From Methanobacteriaceae archaeon (GTDB lineage Archaea > Methanobacteriota > Methanobacteria > Methanobacteriales > Methanobacteriaceae): a stretch of DNA of 20,945 nt. Position 1 is the stretch's first letter, and every line of letters begins with the position of its first letter. The notes beneath the pieces are model-generated. The model did not search any database. It worked only from the letters and a program-made list of their open reading frames with translations, and was not told the origin of the DNA. Below, piece after piece: positions 1 to 7,307 of this stretch. The stretch covers positions 1 through 20,945 of the forward strand of contig PWMT01000091.1 of the NCBI GenBank assembly GCA_003558085.1, given 5' to 3'. Both the position numbers and the translations under genes were made by a program.

Positions 1-102
1 TATTAAATTCTACTTTAGACAAATTTTCACCCCCTTTTCTTGACATATATTAATATATGTCAAGAAAAGGGGGTGAAAATTTGTCTAAAGTAGAATTTAA
101 TA
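1..102. repeat. Perfect spacer-less 102-bp palindrome (51-bp arms) running off the window's left edge
   Basis: 1..51 is the exact reverse complement of 52..102, centred on ...tgacatatatt|aatatatgtca...; the right arm contains the RBS and first 7 codons of the downstream CDS. Confidence 0.97.
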
Positions 103-395
103 TGGAAAACCTGCAAAAATGTATATGTAATACCTGCCCAGTTCAAGCTGAGAGTGAATGTGTTAAAGAAAAACAGAAGAAAGTACAGGAAAAGTTGCCA
201 GAGATGATGGAGAAAGATATGATGCCTGAACCGGAAATGGTTCCAGGATTATATTGTGCCCAGGGAACAGCAACCTGTGATGGTCTCGATCCTGATAAAA
301 TGTGCCAGTGTAATGAATGCCCAACATGGAAGGAATATAATCTGGCTGATGGTGAACCCATGGGATACTTCTGTAGGGATGGAGAAGCACGGTAA
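81..395 (+). CDS. Small Cys-rich putative metal-binding protein, DUF2769-like
   Basis: 10 Cys, including two CxCxxCP motifs plus LYC..G...C and YFC..G, the pattern I recognise for DUF2769. TTG at 81 follows a GGGGGTGA SD (69-76), so it is preferred over the ATG at 57. Confidence 0.75.
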   Translation: MSKVEFNMENLQKCICNTCPVQAESECVKEKQKKVQEKLPEMMEKDMMPEPEMVPGLYCAQGTATCDGLDPDKMCQCNECPTWKEYNLADGEPMGYFCRDGEAR

Positions 396-409
396 AAACT
401 TAATTCTTA

Positions 410-423
410 TTTTTTATTTTTTT
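410..423 (+). terminator. Oligo-T tract, probable archaeal terminator of the DUF2769-like gene
   Basis: TTTTTTATTTTTTT lies ~15 nt after the stop codon. Confidence 0.4.
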
Positions 424-510
424 CAAGGTGAAATTAAAATTTTTAAACTATATTAGTATTTATATCAAGGTAATAATCAGCCATAATATTTCAATATGGT
501 TATTAATTGG

Positions 511-692
511 AAAAAAAGTCGTTTTATTTTAGTAAATAAAAGTAGGCTTCCAGAGAAAATTTAGGGGTTGTTAGGAGTGAAAAAGGGAGGTGTTATCTCT
601 GGAAGCCTAAATTTTTTTCAGCTTTCAACAAAATAAATAGATAATACGTTGAAAACTGCAAATTGGGGGTGATGTGTGCATACCACACACAT
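511..692 (-). ncRNA. Putative structured small RNA with anti-SD motifs
   Basis: Hairpins at 672-678/686-692 (7 bp), 619-629/648-658 (11 bp, whose single mismatch is G-U only on the minus strand), 543-556/596-609 (perfect 14 bp, 39-nt C-rich loop) and 522-529/534-541 (8 bp AU). Upstream BRE-TATA at 729-714 and a U7 tract at 517-511. Confidence 0.6.
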
Positions 693-713
693 AATTATAT
701 TCCCATGTTTTCC

Positions 714-729
714 TATATAAATTTATCGG
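714..729 (-). promoter_or_regulatory. Archaeal BRE + TATA box, predicted TSS ~692-690
   Basis: Minus strand reads CCGATAAA-TTTATATA, a near-consensus BRE/TATA. No long ORF follows it, only the hairpin cluster. Confidence 0.65.
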
Positions 730-870
730 TTCAAATATAAATTTTAAAATTAGCTATATCTATAAGCATAATTAGTAACCGAACATACCATTTAATTAAT
801 CATAAAAGCAGAATTAAAAAAGTGACTTATACAAAATAACAAATTAAAATTAGGATTAGTAGGGATGTAA

Positions 871-1563
871 ATGAAAACCACACTTAAAGGACCTATATTT
901 ATCGGTCGCAGTTGGTTAGAATATTTAAAAATGTTTAATCTGGATCTTAAAGAATTAAATAACTGGAATATTCTTGACTGTGCTGCAGGTGCCAGTTCAT
1001 TCACGGCTTACATGTTTAAAAATCATCTTAAGAGTATCGCCGTAGATTTAAAGTACGATAAGACTCCAGAATTTTTAGAGAAAATGTGTAAGCAACACCT
1101 CCAAGTCTTGGTGGATTCCCTACAGCCCTTGCAGAATCATTTTGAGTGGTACTTTTTTAAAGATCTGGAAGAACTTAAAAAACATCGCATGCAATCCTGT
1201 CAAGAATTTGCTAGAGACTACCAAAAGGGATGGGGAAAAAGATACCTAAAAGCAGATTTAATTGACTTACCCTTTGCAGATAATAGTTTTGATCTAGTGC
1301 TCTGTGCCCACTTACTATTTATTTATGATCATCGACTTAGCGCTGATTTTCATTTAAAAGCAGTGCAGGAGATGATAAGGGTTACTAAAAACCAACTAAG
1401 ATTGTATCCCCTGGTAAAACATAAAGGAGAAAAATCAGTAATGGTGGATAAAGTAATCCAGAATTTACCCTTAAATTATCAGGCCCAGCTTGTTCCTGTG
1501 GATTATCAGTTTCGTCGAGGAGGAAATGAAATGCTGGTTATATCCAAGAAAACCAGCAAATAA
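871..1563 (+). CDS. Class I SAM-dependent methyltransferase, substrate unknown
   Basis: Motif I ILDCAAGASSF, AVD, and the post-II motif ADLIDLPFADNSFDLVLC; AGGGATG SD upstream. Confidence 0.85.
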   Translation: MKTTLKGPIFIGRSWLEYLKMFNLDLKELNNWNILDCAAGASSFTAYMFKNHLKSIAVDLKYDKTPEFLEKMCKQHLQVLVDSLQPLQNHFEWYFFKDLEELKKHRMQSCQEFARDYQKGWGKRYLKADLIDLPFADNSFDLVLCAHLLFIYDHRLSADFHLKAVQEMIRVTKNQLRLYPLVKHKGEKSVMVDKVIQNLPLNYQAQLVPVDYQFRRGGNEMLVISKKTSK

Positions 1564-1565
1564 AA

Positions 1566-4145
1566 TTATTCACTGATTTCTTTTACAATAGCTTGGTGCA
1601 TTCTTTTAATAAATTCTATTCTTTCCTCGTATTTTAAAACATCCAAGTAACCTTGTGCTACCAGATTAAAAGCAAAGGGTGAGGGAATTTTGGTGTTGAA
1701 CTGTTTAATTTCCATCTGCTTACTTTCTATCCAACCTAAAACTCTTTGAGCATTCTTAACATCCATATAATCTTCAATTACTTCTCTACGTGCTTCTTGC
1801 AGTATGGAGAAATTATCATCCAAATCCTTAACAAATTTTAACAATATTTTCCCTTTAACTTGCTGACGACCCACAGACTTTTCCTGACCTTTATAACGTC
1901 GAAGTATCATTAAAGATCTACCAGCGCAATGGCGAAACCTACTGGCCAAGGTCTCGGTTTTATCTATAGCCTTAATCAAAATATCCTCCAGATTTTCCGA
2001 ATTCAATTTTTTAAAGGCCTCCAACCCACCAATTTTCCCTTCAGAACTTAAATAGAATCCATTATCGGATACTGATATCATCACATCTCTTTTATATTTT
2101 TTAGCGATTATATAGGCTAAAGCCCGGGACAGGGCATCGTTTACTCTTCGGCCAAACAAACTATGGAAAACCACGAATTTTCTACCACCAAAACCAGTAT
2201 AATATTCTACTAGCAAACGGCGATTGCTGGGTATATGTGCATAGAGGTACTGTTCTTTAAAATATTGATAAATAGAGTGGGCTGCATTGTAATCCACGTA
2301 TAAATAGTCGTGAATGAATTTTAGGATTTCTTTTTTACTCCTACCATAGTCAAACTTACCATCCATTATATCCCTAAATCGTTGAATATCCACTGCCAAA
2401 TCAAAAGAAAGTGGTAATTGTTCGGAAAACCAAGAAGGAATTGTTGGAGGTCCTGAAGATGGACTGACGTTAACGCTCATTCCTCTTGCATAATTAAAAC
2501 GATAAATATTACCGCCCAAAACAAAGGTGTCTCCTTTGCGTAGTTTTTCCATAAATTCTTCCTCGATACGACCCACCACTTTTCCAGCACACTTAACCAC
2601 TGCTGCAGTACGGTCAGGTATAGTTCCAATATTGGTGGAGTAAAGCATGCGTGCAAGTTTTCCTCGTTTACCAAATAAGTTCTCCTCATAATCCACCCAA
2701 ATCTTAGCATATACATATCTATCTTCCAGGCTGGTATATTCACCAGCCATATAACTTAAAACACTCCTGAAATCTTTTTTAGATAATTGCTGATAACAAT
2801 AACTCTTTTGAATTACATCCAAAGCATAATCTATGTCCCATTTATTTTCAATAGCCATTCCATAGATATGTTGGGATAAAACATCTAAGCAGTTAGTGGG
2901 AATATTTATAGAATCAATGTTTCCTTCTAAAGCATTTTTTAAGATTAAAGAACATTCTAATAAATCATCACGATCCACTACCAACATCCGACCCTTGGAT
3001 TTCTCATGTAAGCGATGACCACTACGACCAATTCGTTGTAAAGCTCTGGAAACAGATTTAGGTGAACTGACCAGTATAACCAAGTCGATATATCCAATAT
3101 CAATACCCAACTCTAAAGAGGTGGAAGAGACCACAGCCTTCAATTTCCCTTCTTTTAATTTATTTTCAGCTTCTAAGCGCATTTCCTTAGAAAGAGAGGA
3201 GTGATGGGCCATTATATTTTCTTGATGGTAATTATCTTTAAAACGTTTTTTAAGATTATATACAATGCTTTCAGTACCACTCCTGGTATTGGTGAAAATT
3301 AAGGTAGTTTTATGGTCCTGTATAAGATGATCCAGCAGATCATACATGGCGGTATTGGTTTCTTCTGGATCAGCAGCAATGATATCATCCACCGGGCAGA
3401 TAACTTCCATATCCAATTTTTTCAAGTAATTAATATCCACGATAAGACAATCCCTGACCTGGCCATATTCATATCCCACCAAAAATTTAGCTACTTTTTC
3501 CAGGGGCGATACAGTAGCCGATAAACCTATACGGGTAAAAGTGCCAATATGATGTTGTAGTCTTTCTAGACTCAAAGAAAGATGCACTCCTCTTTTATTT
3601 TCAGCCAGGGAGTGAATTTCATCTACTATAACATATTTTACCATAGAAAGCTTTTCCCGAAATTTAGGGGCTACTAGTAATATGGATAAAGTTTCGGGAG
3701 TGGTAATCAGGATATGTGGTGGTTTTTTTAACATAGCCGCCCTTCTAGAGGGAGGTGTATCACCGGTACGCACTGCTTTTCTTATACCTAATTCCTTACC
3801 AGCTATTTTCTCTATTTCTCTTAAAGGTTCCTCTAAATTTTTTTCTATATCATTATCCAGAGCTTTAAGTGGAGAAATATAAATACAGTACACTTTATCC
3901 TCTAATTCTCTCTTACTAGAAAGATCGGTTAGTTGACTGAGTATGGATAAGAAGGCAGTTAAGGTTTTACCTGAACCTGTAGGAGAGGAAACCAGCACAT
4001 TTTTTTTAAGATTAATATCCATTATAGCATATTTTTGAGCTGGAGTGAAGCTTTCAAAGTTTTTCTTAAACCATTTACTTACCCAGGGATTTAGATTAGC
4101 GTGAATTTCTTTATCAGAATATACTTTACTCTGTTTAGTTATCAT
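1566..4145 (-). CDS. lhr: Lhr-family SF2 ATP-dependent DNA helicase (archaeal Lhr-core)
   Basis: Q-motif FTPAQ, Walker [40 protein letters not shown]; 859 aa with Lhr-type C-terminal domains (SPFAFNL). Confidence 0.93.
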   Translation of the reverse strand: MITKQSKVYSDKEIHANLNPWVSKWFKKNFESFTPAQKYAIMDINLKKNVLVSSPTGSGKTLTAFLSILSQLTDLSSKRELEDKVYCIYISPLKALDNDIEKNLEEPLREIEKIAGKELGIRKAVRTGDTPPSRRAAMLKKPPHILITTPETLSILLVAPKFREKLSMVKYVIVDEIHSLAENKRGVHLSLSLERLQHHIGTFTRIGLSATVSPLEKVAKFLVGYEYGQVRDCLIVDINYLKKLDMEVICPVDDIIAADPEETNTAMYDLLDHLIQDHKTTLIFTNTRSGTESIVYNLKKRFKDNYHQENIMAHHSSLSKEMRLEAENKLKEGKLKAVVSSTSLELGIDIGYIDLVILVSSPKSVSRALQRIGRSGHRLHEKSKGRMLVVDRDDLLECSLILKNALEGNIDSINIPTNCLDVLSQHIYGMAIENKWDIDYALDVIQKSYCYQQLSKKDFRSVLSYMAGEYTSLEDRYVYAKIWVDYEENLFGKRGKLARMLYSTNIGTIPDRTAAVVKCAGKVVGRIEEEFMEKLRKGDTFVLGGNIYRFNYARGMSVNVSPSSGPPTIPSWFSEQLPLSFDLAVDIQRFRDIMDGKFDYGRSKKEILKFIHDYLYVDYNAAHSIYQYFKEQYLYAHIPSNRRLLVEYYTGFGGRKFVVFHSLFGRRVNDALSRALAYIIAKKYKRDVMISVSDNGFYLSSEGKIGGLEAFKKLNSENLEDILIKAIDKTETLASRFRHCAGRSLMILRRYKGQEKSVGRQQVKGKILLKFVKDLDDNFSILQEARREVIEDYMDVKNAQRVLGWIESKQMEIKQFNTKIPSPFAFNLVAQGYLDVLKYEERIEFIKRMHQAIVKEISE

Positions 4146-4227
4146 AATATCTCTTTAAAATTTTTAGACTTAATATCAGCTTTATAGTATTCCTTTAATA
4201 ATTAAACATTATTTTTGAATGAAAAAA

Positions 4228-4974
4228 TTATATAAACTTGGTGCTAGCTTGTAGTAAATCATTTACTCTTCCAAAAGGAAAAATTTCAAAGTCCTCCACA
4301 CCGTAAACCTTGAAATTATCTATGCTTTGCCGGGTTAAGAAAGGTGAGAGGAGTTTTTCATGGAGAATATCTGATCCTTCTGATATAAAATTAAAGGAGG
4401 GCATAACTATCAGTTCTCTATCTTTTAAATATCCCTTAAGAAAACATTTAATCTTCTCCACTCTTTCTCCATTTCGAAGTCCTATACAGGGATGTTCATG
4501 TCCGATTATTAGACATTTCTCTTTAAATTGATTTAGATCTGGTAGCTGATGACCATGTAGTAATAAAAAATTTTCCAAGGAAAAGTGATCCCTCATTTCC
4601 AGGCCCATTTTATCACTGATATACCGGGTGAAATTATCATGATTACCTTTTATGAGTATTACCTCAGTGAAGTTATCCTGTAGATACTCTAAAAAACTTT
4701 TCACCTCTTTCCATTCCTGCCAGGATATATTGCCAAATTCATGCTTAAGATCTCCATTTATAATTATTTTATCACAGGGACTTAATTGCTTTATTTCTTC
4801 TAAGCGGTCTAAAATTTTTTCAAACTGGAATTTAGGTATCATAAATCCTTCTCTATTTAAAGAATGCTCATATCCTAAATGCAGATCAGAAATGATGAGG
4901 TAATCATTTATTTGAAGTGCTAGATCAATCATTTCCACTCCATCCATAAGTGAGTTTGATTTGAGCTTAATCAT
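4228..4974 (-). CDS. Calcineurin-like metallophosphoesterase (Lhr-associated MPE type)
   Basis: DLHLG, GDLKH, GNHD, HGH, GHEHP and MPSF motifs; GGAG SD; directly upstream of lhr on the same strand. Confidence 0.9.
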   Translation of the reverse strand: MIKLKSNSLMDGVEMIDLALQINDYLIISDLHLGYEHSLNREGFMIPKFQFEKILDRLEEIKQLSPCDKIIINGDLKHEFGNISWQEWKEVKSFLEYLQDNFTEVILIKGNHDNFTRYISDKMGLEMRDHFSLENFLLLHGHQLPDLNQFKEKCLIIGHEHPCIGLRNGERVEKIKCFLKGYLKDRELIVMPSFNFISEGSDILHEKLLSPFLTRQSIDNFKVYGVEDFEIFPFGRVNDLLQASTKFI

Positions 4975-5134
4975 TTAAAGACTCCGAAAACTATGGTTAT
5001 AAATTCATGATAACTTTTAAAACTAATCCTGAAATTACTTATTAAATATCATTTAGAGAACAAATAAGTAAATTGTTCGTTATATCTCCAACTACCCATA
5101 TAAATATATCCTTTTTTTTAGGATATTAAAAAAT

Positions 5135-5164
5135 TATTCCCGGGTTTTAAAAGACCCGGGAGTA
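5135..5164. other. GC-rich intergenic stem-loop (possible terminator or protein-binding site)
   Basis: TCCCGGGT (5138-5145) pairs with ACCCGGGA (5154-5161) and the stem extends through two T-G pairs. Confidence 0.5.
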
Positions 5165-5241
5165 TTATTATTAATAATTAGGGATGAATAAGCTTATATC
5201 CGGATATTATATTTTAAAATACTATTAAATAGGAAATTAAT

Positions 5242-6165
5242 TTAAATTATAATTAGATAAGCAAAATAAATTGCAGTTAAAACTCCCATTAAGACTAGTG
5301 CATTTAAAATTATAAAAGATAATTGAGTGGCTTGCTGAGGGTCTTCTGGTTTTTTTATAAACCCATATATGTTGGGTACTACTAACAGCATACATATTCC
5401 TGCTATAATTCGAAAATCAATAACTGCAGGGAAAAATCCGCTTATAATTAAACTTATCAGTATTAAAGATCCAGCTAGAGAACTTAAACCCATTAATTTA
5501 AATCCTAATTTTCGACCATATTTTACAATCAAATTCTTTTTACCGCCTAGGGTATCCGCCTCTTTATCAGGGATCTGCACACTTAAAATAAATAATAACT
5601 GGAAGATCATTAATGGGATAGAAAATAATATTATAGTTTGATCTATATGGCCAGTTAGGGCCAGATAACCAAAACCAGGAATTATTAATCCGGTTAAAAT
5701 GGTGCCTATTTCACCTAAACCACGATAAGATAATTGTAAAGGAGGGGCAGTATAATACCATCCTAGTAGATTACCAAAGACCGCCCATAAAAAAAATACT
5801 AAAGTGGAATAATACCAGGCAAATAATAAGGAAAGAAAAATGGAGCTAAAAATTAAGAACAAGGCGAAGTTATAGGAAAAATTTATTAGGTGCGGATTAT
5901 CTTGTAAAATACCACTACCACCAGTAAATTGGGTTACTTCACTAAAAAGATCAGCATCCAAGTCAAAATAGTCATTGCTATAGGATACTGATAAATGGGC
6001 AGGCATTAATACCATATAACCAAATATAAATCTAAAGTAGGAGAAATCATCAATAACCAAGGCAGCTAAAAGTCCACCTAATGAATAAAGTATAAAACCA
6101 GCTACTAAAAACTGAATTCTACCTAGTTTAATTATTTTAATCAGATCATCCATTTTTTTTACCAT
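5242..6165 (-). CDS. UbiA-superfamily membrane prenyltransferase, MenA-like
   Basis: Multi-pass hydrophobic protein with NDYFD..AD, TGGSG, YYTAPPLQLSYRGLGE and QIPDKEAD..GGKKNL motifs typical of the MenA/UBIAD1 branch. Confidence 0.85.
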   Translation of the reverse strand: MVKKMDDLIKIIKLGRIQFLVAGFILYSLGGLLAALVIDDFSYFRFIFGYMVLMPAHLSVSYSNDYFDLDADLFSEVTQFTGGSGILQDNPHLINFSYNFALFLIFSSIFLSLLFAWYYSTLVFFLWAVFGNLLGWYYTAPPLQLSYRGLGEIGTILTGLIIPGFGYLALTGHIDQTIILFSIPLMIFQLLFILSVQIPDKEADTLGGKKNLIVKYGRKLGFKLMGLSSLAGSLILISLIISGFFPAVIDFRIIAGICMLLVVPNIYGFIKKPEDPQQATQLSFIILNALVLMGVLTAIYFAYLIII

Positions 6166-6344
6166 AATGCAAATTAGTATGATTTAACTGCTATTTATAA
6201 GGATATAATATTAATTTAAATATATATATCTGATTTAGACTATATTTATCCCCTATTGGTGTAACTTTTGCAGCCAAAATACATATTATAGGAATTGTAA
6301 TTAAGCATAATATAATTATATCTAATGATAGGGGATGATATCAC

Positions 6345-6926
6345 ATGAGCGATAATGATGATTCTACAAAAATGGTTTTAGATGAAGCTATTATTAATTT
6401 AAAAAGCGAAGATCCAGAAATTCGCAAAAAGGCTGCTGATGATTTAGCCCAGATGCAGGAAGAAGCATCAATAACTCCCCTTATAGATGCATTAAGAGAT
6501 GAAAATCCACAAGTACGTTTTAAAGCAGCACAAGCTTTAGGTAAAATGGGTAAAGAAGCAGTAGAACCTTTAATCAAAGTTTTAAATCAGGAAGATGGTG
6601 AAACTCTTCGCTATGCTACTTTCGCCTTAAATAAAATAGGAGATCCTGCAACGGTGGATCATTTTATTTTAGCTTTAGATGATGATGATTGGGGAGTTAG
6701 GAAAGTAGCTGCTAGATCCTTAGGAGAGTTAGGGGATAAAAAAGCAGTTCAACCCCTAATTAAAATGTTAATTGATGATGATTGGGGGGTTAGATTAGCA
6801 GCAGTAAGATCTCTAGGGGACCTTAAGGATGAAGCAGCCATTGACCCTATAAAAAAAGCACGCCGCAAAGGGGATAAAGATTTTAAAAAAGCAGCTAATA
6901 AGTCTTTAAAAAAGATTCAAGCTTGA
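6345..6926 (+). CDS. HEAT-repeat (PBS-lyase-like) protein
   Basis: ~31-aa repeats of the form D...VR..AA..LG.L.D..AV.PLI; DDDWGVR recurs at a 93-bp period (6681, 6774); AGGGGATGA SD. Confidence 0.9.
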   Translation: MSDNDDSTKMVLDEAIINLKSEDPEIRKKAADDLAQMQEEASITPLIDALRDENPQVRFKAAQALGKMGKEAVEPLIKVLNQEDGETLRYATFALNKIGDPATVDHFILALDDDDWGVRKVAARSLGELGDKKAVQPLIKMLIDDDWGVRLAAVRSLGDLKDEAAIDPIKKARRKGDKDFKKAANKSLKKIQA

Positions 6927-7240
6927 TTAAACCATAACATGGTGGAAACTGTTACATAATCTATTTTTAGTAAATTTTTTCCTTTTTTAATTTTAGGGGT
7001 ACCTCATTTTTAAGAATATTGACTTTACATTAAACTAGTATCTTAGTTAGCATTAATCTAAGCTTACCAACATTTAAGTAAAGTTTAAATAAAACCTTCC
7101 ATAATAGTTAGTAATTATACAAACTAAATACTGATATAAATAAACTTAATCATAGTTAATTGTTCTAAAATTAAGGTTTAAATTACTTTATATTCATTAT
7201 TAAATAAAAATACTTCAATATAAACAGAAATAAGTTAAAT

Positions 7241-7257
7241 TTAAAAATTTATATATA
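7241..7257 (+). promoter_or_regulatory. Probable TATA box of the crtI-crtB-lyeJ operon
   Basis: A-rich BRE-like segment followed by TTTATATA at 7248-7255, ~55 nt before the ATG. Confidence 0.45.
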
Positions 7258-7307
7258 GTAATAATACATAAGATACTTATTCAAGAATAGGTTTACTGAG
7301 TGATAAA

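Noticed and set aside
57-80. ATG at 57 as the start of the Cys-rich protein
   Set aside because: It has no SD and lies near the palindrome centre; the strong SD at 69-76 points to TTG at 81.
143-456. Short ORFs 143-361(-), 163-390(-) and 256-456(+)
   Set aside because: Shadow frames of the DUF2769-like gene with no motifs.
455-500. Plus-strand TATA-like TTTATATC (459-466) and weak CCATA/TATGG inverted repeat, suggesting a plus-strand RNA through the hairpins
   Set aside because: Weaker BRE context, and the wobble pair and U-tract favour the minus strand. Not fully excluded.
543-609. 14-bp inverted repeat read as MITE/IS ends or a simple terminator
   Set aside because: No target-site duplication or second copy in the window. 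The 39-nt loop is too long for a terminator and is part of a larger promoter-led structure.
792-1004. Minus-strand 70-aa ORF
   Set aside because: Antisense to the methyltransferase start, with no SD or motif.
2477-5641. Small ORFs inside or antisense to lhr, MPE and the prenyltransferase
   Set aside because: Fully overlap well-supported genes; typical shadow ORFs.
6681-6866. 93-bp-period DNA repeat (GATGATGATTGGGG...)
   Set aside because: Explained by the HEAT protein repeats; not a CRISPR array or independent element.
6927-7240. Long AT-rich region upstream of crtI as an ncRNA or operator array
   Set aside because: Only short AT-rich inverted repeats expected by chance; no convincing stem or repeated motif.
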